A stretch of DNA of 63,537 nt, the filler included, from Octopus bimaculoides (Eukaryota): NCBI RefSeq assembly GCF_001194135.2. It is 9 parts of 7 records of this genome, joined end to end, with 100 filler letters (N's around TTAATTAATTAA, not from the genome) between each part and the next. Parts side by side here need not be neighbours in the genome. Positions count along the whole stretch, not along the records: positions 1 to 9,759 come from NC_069009.1; positions 9,860 to 16,534 come from NC_068982.1; 7 more parts are not named here. One strand, given 5' to 3'. The notes below the pieces were generated by a model, which was not told the DNA's origin, did no database searches, and saw only the letters and a program-made list of their open reading frames with translations. Positions 1 through 12,752 of the stretch are shown here, piece after piece. The position numbers and the translations under genes are program-made. Positions within the stretch are counted from its first letter, which is position 1. Each line of letters opens with the position of its first letter.

Positions 1-212
1 GGGCTAAACATAGAGGGGACAAACAAGGACAGATAAAGGGACTAAGTCAATTACATCGACCCCAGTGCGTAACTGGTACTTAATTTATCGACCCTGAAAG
101 GATGAAAGGCAAAGTCGACCTCAGCGGAATTTGAACTCAGAACATAACGGCTGATGAAATACCGCTAAGCATTTCGTCCAGCGTGCTAACGTTTCTGCCA
201 GCTCACCGCCTA
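1..212 (-). mobile_element. tRNA-headed SINE, family A
   Basis: Head ggcggtgagctggcagaaacgttagc, B-box gagttcaaattcc, core gtcgactttgcctttcatcc...ctggggtcgat; recurs more than ten times in the window. Confidence 0.8.
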
Positions 213-649
213 CTTTCAGTTTCTGTCTACCAAATCCTCTCACAAGGCTCTGGTTAGCCCGAGGCTATAGTAGAAGACGCAAGGTGTCATGCAGTGGGAC
301 TGAACCATGGGACCATGGGGTTGAGAACCAAGCTTACATACATATACATACATATGTTCCAGGTGATGATATATAAATGTGTGTGTGTATATATATTCAT
401 GCATGTGTGTATATATATTCATGCATGTGTGTATCCACTGAGGACAATTATGATTCTATTAAAACGACACAAACACATGGATGAAAACTCTCTCTGCATG
501 TGGTGGCTTTAAAATGAATGTGACAATGAGGGGGCGGATGTGGGGGGGGGAGCAGGACTGTGGTGGTAGGGGTGGTTGTGGTGGGGTTGAGGAAGATGTA
601 CATTTGTGCTAGTGTTGTAGTTATTGTCGGTGGTGGTGGCGGGCCATGG

Positions 650-1814
650 CGTTAGTATTGTGAATGCATAATAGGATTGGGAAGGTAGTGGTGGTTGCGT
701 AGGAGGTGGTATTGGTGGTGCTGCTTCTGCTTATGTTGGCAGAGGTGGCAAGGATGTACTGCTGATGGTGGTGGTGGTGTTTGTGGTAGTGTGTATGGTA
801 ATATTGGTGGTGGTGGTGGAGTGGTAGTGCATTTGTGGCATTGTTCTTGTTATTGTTGCAGGTGGTGGTGTTGGCTGTGGTGGTAGTATGGTGAGGCTAT
901 GATGTTGTTCATCATTGGTGTTAGAGACACCACCACCATCACAACTACTATAAACCCCACCACCACTATCACCACCACCACTATCACCACCACCACCACC
1001 ATCACCACCACCAACACCACCACCACCAACACCACCACCACCACAACTACTATTACAACTACTATCACCACCACCACCACCATCACCACTATCACCTCCA
1101 CCAACACCACTATCACTACCACCAACACCACCATCACCACCAACATCATCATCACNNNNNNNNNNNNNNNNNNNNNNNNNNNNNNNNNNNNNNNNNNNNN
1201 NNNNNNNNNNNNNNNNNNNNNNNNNNNNNNNNNNNNNNNNNNNNNNNNNNNNNNNNNNNNNNNNNNNNNNNNNNNNNNNNNNNNNNNNNNNNNNNNNNNN
1301 NNNNNNNNNNNNNNNNNNNNNNNNNNNNNNNNNNNNNNNNNNNNNNNNNNNNNNNNNNNNNNNNNNNNNNNNNNNNNNNNNNNNNNNNNNNNNNNNNNNN
1401 NNNNNNNNNNNNNNNNNNNNNNNNNNNNNNNNNNNNNNNNNNNNNNNNNNNNNNNNNNNNNNNNNNNNNNNNNNNNNNNNNNNNNNNNNNNNNNNNCACC
1501 ACCACCACCGCTACTACCACTATCACTATCACCATCATCACCACCACCACCACCACTACCACCATCACAACTATCACCACCACCCCTATCAGCACCACTA
1601 CCACCACTACTACCACCATCACCACCACCACAAACACTACTACCACCATGACCACCACCACTATCACCACCACCACCACCACAAACACTACTACCACCAT
1701 CACCACCACAACCACCGAGTCAAGATGTCTAAATGTAAATAATACTGGTTGTAATTATTACTGTATCTTCAGTATGGCTTCTTGCATTGTTGTATAGGTG
1801 TTAGTGGTGGCTGA

Positions 1815-1858
<44 letters not shown>

Positions 1859-1880
1859 ATTGGTGGTGGTGGTGATGACA
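650..1880. repeat. Degenerate (TGG)n / (CCA)n / (TAG)n low-complexity region spanning a gap
   Basis: The TGG-rich block switches to a CAC/CAT-rich block at ~925. Confidence 0.9.
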
Positions 1881-2004
1881 TTTGTGGTGGTTTTTCACTG
1901 TTTTTGTTATTGTTTAGCCACAGGACAGTGTGAATCCAGCAAAGCCATGAACCTATAATCAAAGATATTCCAGCCGTGACCATCCCATCTTATCTTCAGA
2001 GAAG

Positions 2005-2403
2005 ACTCTTTTACTTGTTCCAGTCATTTGACTGTGGCCATACTGGAGCACCGACTTTTGTCGAGCAAATCGACCCCAGGACCTATTCTTTGTAAGCCTA
2101 GTACTTATTCTATCGGTCTCTTTTTGCCAAACCACTAAGTTATGGGGACATAAACACACCAGCATTGGTTGTCAAGCAATGCTGGGGGGAACAAACACAG
2201 ACACACAAACACACACATATATATACATAGACATATATACGATGGGCTTCTTTCAGTTTCCTCTACCAAATCCACTCACAATATTTTGGTCAGCCTGAGG
2301 CTATAGTAGAAGACACTTGCCCAAGGTGCCATGCAGTGGGACTGAACCTGGAACCATGTGGTTGGTAAGCAAGCTACTTACCACACAGCCACTCCTGCGC
2401 CTA
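2005..2403 (-). mobile_element. tRNA-headed SINE, family B, full length
   Basis: Minus-strand head taggcgcaggagtggctgtgtggtaag...ggttcagtccc, internal (TA/TG)n, tail actggaacaagtaaaagagt. Confidence 0.8.
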
Positions 2404-3349
2404 TATGTTAACTATCGTTAACTATTGTACTATACATGGGGTAATGTAGTCCTAGATACACTATGTCTGAATAAAATATGGGATGATCTCTGCTAAACTA
2501 TCTTTGATCATGGGTCAGCTGGATCAGGACTGACCTGGGGCTGAGTAGCAACTAGAAGTATTGCTGCTAATGCTAATTTCTGTACTATACTTTAGATAAT
2601 GTAGTCCAAGATACACTATGAGTAAAAGATTGGATGGTATTACATTAGTTGGAACAGCTTTGAGCATAGGTCTCCTGGATCAGGACTGACCTGTGGCTAA
2701 ACAACAACAGCAGCTTAACCCCCCCCCCCCNNNNNNNNNNNNNNNNNNNNNNNNNNNNNNNNNNNNNNNNNNNNNNNNNNNNNNNNNNNNNNNNNNNNNN
2801 NNNNNNNNNNNNNNNNNNNNNNNNNNNNNNNNNNNNNNNNNNNNNNNNNNNNNNNNNNNNNNNNNNNNNNNNNNNNNNNNNNNNNNNNNNNNNNNNNNNN
2901 NNNNNNNNNNNNNNNNNNNNNNNNNNNNNNNNNNNNNNNNNNNNNNNNNNNNNNNNNNNNNNNNNNNNNNNNNNNNNNNNNNNNNNNNNNNNNNNNNNNN
3001 NNNNNNNNNNNNNNNNNNNNNNNNNNNNNNNNNNNNNNNNNNNNNNNNNNNNNNNNNNNNNNNNNNNNNNNNNNNNNNNNNNNNNNNNNNNNNNNNNNNN
3101 NNNNNNNNNNNNNNNNNNNNNNNNNNNNNNNNNNNNNNNNNNNNNNNNNNNNNNNNNNNNNNNNNNNNNNNNNNNNNNNNNNNNNNNNNNNNNNNNNNNN
3201 NNNNNNNNNNNNNNNNNNNNNNNNNNNNNNNNNNNNNNNNNNNNNNNNNNNNNNNNNNNNNNNNNNNNNNNNNNNNNNNNNNNNNNNNNNNNNNNNNNNN
3301 NNNNNNNNNNNNNNNNNNNNNNNNNNNNNNNNNNNNNNNNNNNNNNNNN

Positions 3350-3420
<71 letters not shown>

Positions 3421-4289
3421 TTATATATAGATATATAATATGCAACAAAATGCTTATGTACACCTGATGCAGACTACCACCAAGTAGTACTCAAAGAAAT
3501 CTGAACATTAAGCTTCAACCTCTCCATCAGCGTACATATTACAGAGGTAGAAAAATCAGTAATAAGAATGATCTTTGAAAGGACAGACGAAAAAACAAAA
3601 AAAAAAACATGAAAATAATGTAATTTATATGCAAAGATACATTTACAAATTGTATGATGTAATCAAGTGTTTTCTTTACAGCTGTTTCAGATAACTGATG
3701 ACTGGTTCATACAACCATGAATATAACGTAAAAAAAGGTCAATGTTAAGTCATTAATGTAGGAATTTGTAAGGGCAAGGGGAAAATATCAACATGGATTT
3801 TAGTAGCGCCATGCAGCAAAATCATGATATCTTTATCTGTGTTCTTTGCTTTTATGTATACCTACAATAGTCACTTGGTATTGTACATGCTTGCATGATA
3901 TTCATGTTTATGGCAAACAGTCATCGGTTATGTGAAACAACTGTAAAGATAGGACTTGATTACACCAAGTAAATTATCTTTGCAACTATACAATATAAAT
4001 ACATCCTTTATGCCTGTTATTGTTTGTCTAGAGAGACAGAGGCCTTGTTTTGGCACAACCTTGAGGAGTTTAGTTAAACAAATTGATCCTAGCATGTGTT
4101 TTTTCATGCCTGGCACTTAGTGTATCAATCTCTTGTCAAACCACTAAGTTACAGGTACACGAAAAAATCAACACCAGTGTTTTATTCCTAAATTTTATCT
4201 AATTAACCTAAGATCACATTCATTCCAACTATGACCATCCCTAAATGTAAAAAACTCAGGACAAATTACCCAGTATGCCTATTTTTAAG

Positions 4290-4900
4290 ATGGAATGTGA
4301 TTTGAGTGAGTTTTGGTTGTTATTTCTACCAGGTGTAGCTACCATGTAGAGATCTCCCTCATTGGCTCATATATACATATATATATATACATATATATAT
4401 ATATACATACATAAGCCAGTAGGGTATGAATGAGGGAGATTTAGCTGCTATTTCTAACAGGTGTAGCTACTATGTAGAGGTCTCCCTCAATAGGTCATGC
4501 ATATATACTTATATAAAACAGTAGGGTGTGATTTGAGGGAGATTTGGCCTCTATTTCCACCAGGTGTAGCTGCCATGTAGAGGTCTCACTCATCAGCTCA
4601 TACATATATAGGTACATAAGATAGTGACGTGTGGTTCGAGGAAGATTTGGCTGCTATTTCTACCAGGTCTTGCTACCATCTAGAGGTCTCCCTCATTGGC
4701 TCATACATACACACAAAAGACAGTAGGGTGTTATTTGAGGGAGATTTGGTCGCTATTTGTACCTGGTCTAGCTACCATGTAGAGGTATTCCTCATTGGCT
4801 CATATAGACATATACGTAAGACTGTAGAATGTGATTTGAGGGAGCTTTGGCTGCTATTTCTACAAATTTTGGCTACCATGTTGAGGTCTCCCTCATTGGT
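4290..4900. repeat. Six-unit tandem array (~100-125 bp period) derived from the end of family E
   Basis: Each unit is approximately gtgatttgagggagatttggctgctatttctaccaggtgtagctaccatgtagaggtctccctcattggctc, followed by a variable TA-rich spacer. Confidence 0.85.
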
Positions 4901-5329
4901 TTGTGGCATTGTTGTTAATGTTGTTTAATTTGGCATTGTTGCTAGTAATCACAGCATGGGGTGGCTAAATGGTGACTTAAGGGTAGTTGATGTGTGAATG
5001 CTGGGTGGATGTGGACCTTAGATATGGTGTTTTTATATGATTTTATAATTTTTTTTTTTTTTTCACAGAAGGAGGAGGGATGAAATTTCACAAGGGTAGA
5101 GGGAAGAGGAGGTGACATAACCTACAACAACACACACACATACACACACACACTTGCACAAACATGTACATGGAGAAAATAAATTGAAGGGAAAAAAATA
5201 AAGGGGTCTGCCTGAAACCCTTTAAAAAATTTTAGGGACTTCTTTTTCAAATATTGGCATTGAGTAATTAGAAAACGGTTGGTTTGGGGGCAGTGGGGGA
5301 ATTGGATGGGGTGGGCTGTCTTGTCTGTT

Positions 5330-5488
5330 TGTCTCTGCATTGCACTTGCTGGCTGTCCGTCTGTCTATCTTATCTATCGTTCTATCTCAATATTTGTCTG
5401 TATCTATCTATCTATCTATTTGTCTGTCTGTCTGTCCATCCATCTTTATCTATCTATCTATTTATCTATCTACCACTCTATCTATCTA

Positions 5489-5520
<32 letters not shown>

Positions 5521-6620
5521 TTTGTCTGTCTGTCTATCTATCTATCTATCTATCTCTTTGACTATCTGCCTATCTATTTGTCTCTGTGTTGATCCATCCA
5601 TCTGTCTATCTATCTACCTTCCTATATACGTATCTGTCTATATCTGTCTGTCTATCTATCTATCTATCTATCTGTCTNNNNNNNNNNNNNNNNNNNNNNN
5701 NNNNNNNNNNNNNNNNNNNNNNNNNNNNNNNNNNNNNNNNNNNNNNNNNNNNNNNNNNNNNNNNNNNNNNNNNNNNNNNNNNNNNNNNNNNNNNNNNNNN
5801 NNNNNNNNNNNNNNNNNNNNNNNNNNNNNNNNNNNNNNNNNNNNNNNNNNNNNNNNNNNNNNNNNNNNNNNNNNNNNNNNNNNNNNNNNNNNNNNNNNNN
5901 NNNNNNNNNNNNNNNNNNNNNNNNNNNNNNNNNNNNNNNNNNNNNNNNNNNNNNNNNNNNNNNNNNNNNNNNNNNNNNNNNNNNNNNNNNNNNNNNNNNN
6001 NNNNNNNNNNNNNNNNNNTGGTAGTTGAAGTGGTAATGGTGGTGCTGGTGGTAGTTGAAGTGGTAATGGTGGTGCTGGTGGTAGTTGAAGTGGTAATGGT
6101 GGTGCTGATGGTAGTAGTGGTAGTGATGATGTAGTTTACAGTAGTAGTGGCGGTGATGGTCAAGGTGATGATGTTACTGCTGGTGTCAGAGGTTGCGATT
6201 ACAACGACAGCGATGATGATGATGATAGCGATGATGGTGGTGGTGGTGGTGGTGATGGACATGTTGTTTGCAGTGATGATGGTAATGATGCTAAATGACA
6301 CACTGCCATCAGCATCATCATCGTCATCACCATCCTTACCACCACCACCACCACTACCATCCTCCTCATTATCATCATCATCATCTTCGTTATCATTATC
6401 GTCATCATCGTTGCTGTCATCCACATTATCATCCTCACCACTACCATCATCATCATTGCTTCAGCCGTCATCATCGTCATCATCACCACTAGAAGCTCCA
6501 TCATTGTTATGTATTATTATTATTATTTTGTTATAACCATTATCATCATCATCACAATCTTTGTTTCATCATCATCATCATCTCCGTTTCTGTCGCTTCA
6601 TTGTTGTCGTCATCACAAAC
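5330..6620. repeat. (CTAT/CTGT)n, a 30-bp minisatellite (6019-6110, three copies) and (GAT)/(CAT)n tracts
   Basis: Directly visible. Confidence 0.9.
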
Positions 6621-7478
6621 ATCTTCCTCTTCCTCGTTAGTATCATTGTCACATTTTCGCAGCTGCTTATGATTGTTATATAAATGGCGTTGCCCCTCCC
6701 CCCCGCTCACCTCCAACTCACCCCCCACCTGCAACCCTGTGACCCCTTCCCTTGGGGGCTCATCTTCATCGCAGTTATCCATGATATGTTTTTGCTCAAG
6801 CCAGCCAGCCAGGAAGTAAGCCAGTCAGCAAGCCAAGCTCCAGCTTTACCTCGCACTCCACTCCAGACACTCCACTCNNNNNNNNNNNNNNNNNNNNNNN
6901 NNNNNNNNNNNNNNNNNNNNNNNNNNNNNNNNNNNNNNNNNNNNNNNNNNNNNNNNNNNNNNNNNNNNNNNNNNNNNNNNNNNNNNNNNNNNNNNNNNNN
7001 NNNNNNNNNNNNNNNNNNNNNNNNNNNNNNNNNNNNNNNNNNNNNNNNNNNNNNNNNNNNNNNNNNNNNNNNNNNNNNNNNNNNNNNNNNNNNNNNNNNN
7101 NNNNNNNNNNNNNNNNNNNNNNNNNNNNNNNNNNNNNNNNNNNNNNNNNNNNNNNNNNNNNNNNNNNNNNNNNNNNNNNNNNNNNNNNNNNNNNNNNNNN
7201 NNNNNNNNNNNNNNNNNNNNNNNNNNNNNNNNNNNNNNNNNNNNNNNNNNNNNNNNNNNNNNNNNNNNNNNNNNNNNNNNNNNNNNNNNNNNNNNNNNNN
7301 NNNNNNNNNNNNNNNNNNNNNNNNNNNNNNNNNNNNNNNNNNNNNNNNNNNNNNNNNNNNNNNNNNNNNNNNNNNNNNNNNNNNNNNNNNNNNNNNNNNN
7401 NNNNNNNNNNNNNNNNNNNNNNNNNNNNNNNNNNNNNNNNNNNNNNNNNNNNNNNNNNNNNNNNNNNNNNNNNNNNNN

Positions 7479-7514
<36 letters not shown>

Positions 7515-7648
7515 ATGTATCAGGTGACACGGGAGCTATGCAAAATGACTTTGGGTCAGGGTCCAGTTTGGATTCTAACTTCCATGTGTTAAGGCACGTC
7601 CGTGTGTATAAATAAGTGTATGATTGGGTTTAGCTGTGTATGTGTGGT

Positions 7649-7686
<38 letters not shown>

Positions 7687-7827
7687 TATGTGCGTGGCTG
7701 AGTGGTTAGGGTGTTTGGCTGACACTCATGAGGTTGTGTGTTAGGATTTCGGTATGCTCTTCATGAATCCCCAAATAGTTACAGGGGTCGGACCCCACTA
7801 TTTTTATAGGCCCTTACTGGTTGTTGA

Positions 7828-8140
7828 GAAGGCTCGTGGCTTAGTGGTCATGATGTTTAGCTTGCGATTGTAAGGTCATGAGTTCAATTCCTGGCATCAC
7901 ATTGTGTCCTTGAGCAAGATATTTTACTCCATATTGCTCCAGTTCACTCAGCTGGCCAAAATGAGTTGTACCTGTGTTTCAAAGGGCCAGTCTTATCATA
8001 TTCTCTGTCGTGTTCAATCTCCCTGAGACCTATATTAAGGGTACATGTGTCTGTGAAGCGCTCAGTCACATGCACATTAATTTCATGTGGCAAGCTGTTC
8101 CGTTGATCGGATCAACTGGAACCTTTGTCATCATAACTGA
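7828..8140 (+). mobile_element. SINE with tRNA head, V/Meta-like central domain and family C tail
   Basis: tagtggt...gagttcaattcc, gtccttgagcaaga...ctccagttcactcagctgg, then the family C 3' end. Related copies at 17615-17755 (-) and 23676-23865 (-). Confidence 0.7.
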
Positions 8141-8258
8141 TAGAGGGCCATTGTCCTTGAGCAAGACACCTTACTCCATGTTGTTCCAGTCCACTCACCT
8201 GGCAAAACTGAGTTGTACCTGTAATGCAAAAGGGGTCAACCTTGTTACATTTAGTGTC

Positions 8259-8260
<2 letters not shown>

Positions 8261-8289
<29 letters not shown>

Positions 8290-8412
8290 CTTCTTCTTCT
8301 TCTTCTTCTTCTTCTTCTTCTTCTTCTTCTTCTTCTTCTTCCTTATTCTTCTTCTTCTTCTTCTTCTTCTCCTTCTTCTTCTTCTTCTTCTTCTTCTTCT
8401 TCTTCTTCTTCT
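8261..8412. repeat. (TTC)n microsatellite
   Basis: Directly visible. Confidence 0.95.
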
Positions 8413-9658
8413 AGGAATGTATTATCCTGGCAGTCACTGTGTTTCCTCTCAAGTTGGTTTCAAATGCTGGCTAACCATGGTGCTACGTTGCATATCCAAT
8501 AGCGTGCGGTTAATTCAGTTGAAACCCGTGTAGGTCCCGAAAAGATACTGTAAATAACTGTTAAATAAAATTACGGATGTGAAAAATCTCCCTTCTCCTT
8601 ATCATTATTAAAATTATATAGCCCCCTAAAAATCCCCTGCGTATTATACTCAAGGGCGGACTATACTCGAGGATTTATGGTATATACATATACATATATT
8701 CTGTGTCTTTGTGTCTGTGTTTATCCCCAACCATTGCTTGACTACCGATGTTGGTGTGTTTATGTCCCTGAAACTTAGCAGTTCGATAAAAGAACCGATA
8801 GAATAAATACTAAACTTACAAAGAATAACTCTTGGGGTTGATTTCTTCGACTAAAGGTGGTGCTCCAGCATGGCCGCAGTCAAATGACCGAAACATGTAA
8901 AAGAGTAAAAGAGATATATATATTCATATTTTGAGTTCTATTTTTCCTGTTTGCATCACCATAAATGTATATGGAACCATGTATGTAGAAATATATGTCT
9001 GCTTGTCTGTCTGTCTGTCTGTCCCTCTACCAAATTCACCAACAATTTATTGGCCTGATACTACAGCAGAAAGAAAACATTTATCAATGGTGCCACACAG
9101 TGGGATTGAACACTCAACCACGTACTTGCAAAGCCATGGTTCTTCACCACAGGCCCAACCCTGCCTGCATCGAAATTGATTCAATTTATTTTCAATATAT
9201 ATTCATTTTGATTCCTAGACCCCCCCACCCCCTCCACTTACCTGATCTTTTTCATTGTCCCCCTTCTTCTTATTATTCCTGTCCGTCAACCCTTCCCCCA
9301 TCTGGCGGCACCATAGAAAAATTTTGTGCAGTGAAGGGTGGAGAGAGAGGGGGGGGGTAAATAGTAAATGCGGGGTGGGGCAGGGTGGTGTTTTGCTATT
9401 AATGTCTTATATTGTGATGCTGTCTTTCTCATGCAATTTCTATCCCTCTGCTCTCTTCCTCCCTGTCTGCCTGTCTCTCTCTCTCTCTGTCTCTTTCTCT
9501 CTCTGTTGTCATAAAGACAAACATGTGTCTTGAACTGTATCGCAATATGATGCCATCACAATCTATATACGCAGACATTGCATTCTTAGAATGAGGATGG
9601 TAACCTGAAAGACAATAGCGCAGAAACAAAATGTTATATGTATGTATATATGTATGTA

Positions 9659-9703
<45 letters not shown>

Positions 9704-9759
9704 ATATGTATATATATGTATACATGTACATAACTATATCTGTGCACATATATATATAT

Positions 9760-9859
9760 NNNNNNNNNNNNNNNNNNNNNNNNNNNNNNNNNNNNNNNNN
9801 NNNTTAATTAATTAANNNNNNNNNNNNNNNNNNNNNNNNNNNNNNNNNNNNNNNNNNNN
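9760..9859. other. Artificial assembly spacer N44-TTAATTAATTAA-N44 (also at 16579, 21437, 28622, 44090, 52429, 58412, 60991)
   Basis: Identical 12-mer with stops in all six frames, centred in a 100-bp gap, eight times. Confidence 0.95.
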
Positions 9860-9891
9860 TATATATATGTATATATATATATATATGTATG

Positions 9892-9948
<57 letters not shown>

Positions 9949-10233
9949 CTACATCTGTGTCTCCTACTACCACTTGACAACCAGTGCTGGTATGTTTACG
10001 GCCTCGTAACTTAGCCGTTCGACAAAACCGATAGAATAAGCATCAGGCTTTAAAAAGTCGATTCATTCGACTAAAATTCTTCAAGGCGGTGCTTTAGCAT
10101 GGTCGCACTCTAATGACGGAAACAAGTAGAGAAAAAGAAAATCTCGGCGTCTTGAAACCCAATATAAAAGTAACACGATACCACTAATCCAACCCGTAAA
10201 TCAAGGGTCTACATACGTTTTCAAAGGGTTTTA

Positions 10234-10632
10234 TTAGTAAACTATCTTTACTAAATTGATTTCTGCGAGATATAACGGCATCTCATACCGTTTTTGCTTT
10301 TTGTTGGGAAAGTAAAATGGTTCGAATGCATTGAGGAACGTTAATACAATCTGAAAAGGAATCTCAACAGAATGCATAGAAGCATGAAGATCTTCATCAT
10401 TGAGGATTTCCATGTAGGTAGTGTTGAAAGTGACATGCTTGGAAAATTGTAGCGTTTGTGCAACGACTTGACCCTCAAATGAATAAAAATGACGTTGACC
10501 ATTTGAAAGTATCTGAGGCGGAAAATCTGGTGAATGAAGAGTTGATGGGAAAGAAAAGCAGTGAGAAGGTGACTGGTAATGAAGTTTACAACCAGAAACA
10601 TCTGTCAGATGCAAATATTGCAGGATGTGCAT
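10234..10632 (-). CDS. 132-aa non-repetitive ORF of unknown identity
   Basis: Longest high-complexity ORF outside recognisable TEs; acceptor-like ttttctcgcctttcctctcaacaag just upstream; ends TAA TAA. No family recognised, and the length is near what chance allows. Confidence 0.25.
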   Translation of the reverse strand: MHILQYLHLTDVSGCKLHYQSPSHCFSFPSTLHSPDFPPQILSNGQRHFYSFEGQVVAQTLQFSKHVTFNTTYMEILNDEDLHASMHSVEIPFQIVLTFLNAFEPFYFPNKKQKRYEMPLYLAEINLVKIVY

Positions 10633-10849
10633 GTTAATATTGCCTGATTTTCACTTGTTGAGAGGAAAGGCGAGAAAATTATGCTCTGTTATAAATGAAC
10701 AGAAGCATTTAGTTTAGTTGCTTCTTTGTTTTGTGGGGGAATATTTTTAGTGATTTCATTTCTTGGTCAATAAAAATTTGTTATTGCAGCTGTGCCGTCA
10801 GTAAGTTTTGCTGCCTCCCAAGACATTAATCATTATGGTGGCCCTATTC

Positions 10850-10952
10850 CCCTCCCTCCTTCGTCATCATCCCCCTCCCCCCTTCGTCATCATCCCCCTC
10901 CCTCCTTCGTCATCATCCCCCTCCCTCCTTCGTCATCATCCCCCTCCCTCCT
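10850..10952. repeat. ~23-bp minisatellite ccctccctccttcgtcatcatcc, four copies
   Basis: Directly visible. Confidence 0.85.
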
Positions 10953-12752
10953 ACAAGATGAAGTCACCTTATATCTCTATTACTGCCAACTTTTGTGTGT
11001 ATACAGGAAAGATAAGTTTCACATTTTATTTTTGATTTTTTTCCTTGTATTTTCATATATCTGGCTTCATTTTGACTTCTGATATTTTCGTCTCAACAAG
11101 GGGTGTTCTCTATCTGCATCCCAAGCTGGAGAATATTACGCTCTCTTTCTTTCTACCTTACCTTCTGCCCAATTATATATAATATCTATATACACACGCA
11201 GAGAAACAAACAAACACATAGACACACGTATACACATAAAATGGGGAGAAAAAAAAAAGAGAGATTATATATACATATGTATGAAAAGAAAAAAAAGCGC
11301 TGAAGTTGGCGTGCATGGGTGTGTTGGGAAAATCAAAAAATAGAAAACTCTTTAGTTCTTTGCAGCCATCGTTTCTTCATCCCTAAGTTACTCCTTTAAC
11401 GTAGAATCTGATACATAGACGCCATTATGTATATTATTAAAATATTTGTCTTTTATAAATATTTTTATCTACAGTTCTTAAGTATTTTTATGAAATCACT
11501 GAGGTTTCTCTCAGCATATTTTGTCGACTGCTGAATATTTATAACACAGAAGCTACAGAGAGGAATTCATAACACAAAAACCCCACCCCATACAACCCTC
11601 TCACAAAAAGCAAAACAACAACAAACAAAACGCGTTGTATCAAAATGCAACGCGAGAGTTATGTTGACGAAGATAAATAAATGTAGCCAACGGATAACCC
11701 TATGTAGTCTGTATGCTTATGGGTTGTCGGAATTATTCTCAGAGATCAGCACACATTCACCCACGCACACAAATTCACTCTCACAAACATATACACACCT
11801 ATTGTAACTTATATACCGTTTCTTAACACGTTCTTTTTTCTTACTCATCTGTTTTCCACCCTAAATTTTCTTGTTTTTACTCTTAACTGTTGTTTATCAC
11901 TAATCATTTCTTATTGGATCCAAATAAAGATGTTTGTATCATGACTTCATTCGCTGTTTTATAAAAGAAAGTTCAAGTTCTAAATATTTATACACATTAA
12001 GGGCGTTAGATTGACTTGGCTGAATGAACGACCAAGAGTATTAATATATTAAAGAGAAATTTGAGTGTCTACTTATATAATTATGATAGTTAACTTATTG
12101 ACATCAACGAAAATAAGCCTCTGCTGAAGCTTGAATATAAACTCTACAGAGATAAACCTAAATGCTTTGTCATCACTTTAGTCTCATTGCTCTTTTCAGT
12201 ACCAAGTGCTACTTTAGGTAAACAGTTGAAATGTTTGCATTCCTTCCTATTTTCAGACTTCAAAGAGAGTTGCATTTGCTCGTGTTCATCCAACGCAGTT
12301 GTCTCTCTTCCCTTCTTCAAAAGAATTTAAAAAGAGACTCAATGATGTATTTTAAACCTAAAAGCAACACAATACTACAATTAACGGGTGTTTGAGTTTG
12401 AGTTGGAATTCCTGTCTTGCATTTAGTCTAGAGGCATTTAGTCTGTGGACTAACTTGACTTTTATAAACGACAAAAAGAATTTAGAACATAATAGGACCA
12501 ACTAATTACAGGGTAACAAAAAATGTTGCCGAAGTTGTGTTTAAGCATTTCATATATATATATATATATANNNNNNNNNNNNNNNNNNNNNNNNNNNNNN
12601 NNNNNNNNNNNNNNNNNNNNNNNNNNNNNNNNNNNNCATATATATGTGTGTGTATATATATGGGAGAATATACGAAAAAACAACAACAGACGAGGACAGG
12701 TGGTGTAAATAACAAAAGGATGTATTAGTATGACGCTCGGGAATACGGAAAG

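Noticed and set aside
530-590. G-quadruplex-capable G-runs (also ~9345-9390 and ~52525-52550)
   Set aside because: They lie in low-complexity sequence with no gene or promoter context to support function.
850-1715. Long poly-Thr/poly-Val ORFs (mucin-like)
   Set aside because: They are translations of (CCA)n/(TGG)n repeats running through N gaps and are open on both strands.
4290-4900. CRISPR array or HDV/twister ribozyme interpretation
   Set aside because: Eukaryotic context, diverged long repeats, low-complexity spacers and no cas genes. The HDV L3 CC / J1/4 GG pairing and twister consensus are absent.
9804-9815. TTAATTAATTAA as a biological motif (PacI/homeodomain sites)
   Set aside because: It is always centred in an exact 100-bp N spacer, so it is an assembly linker.
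10702-10806. Hydrophobic plus-strand frame ending at a GTAAGT donor as the missing CD225 exon
   Set aside because: In-frame TAA at 10771, no CC/P-x-G motif, and three spacers separate it from the terminal exon.
12200-12350. Plus-strand micro-exon pair at 12200-12217 and 12257 onward
   Set aside because: The implied intron is only ~39 nt and no consistent frame emerges.
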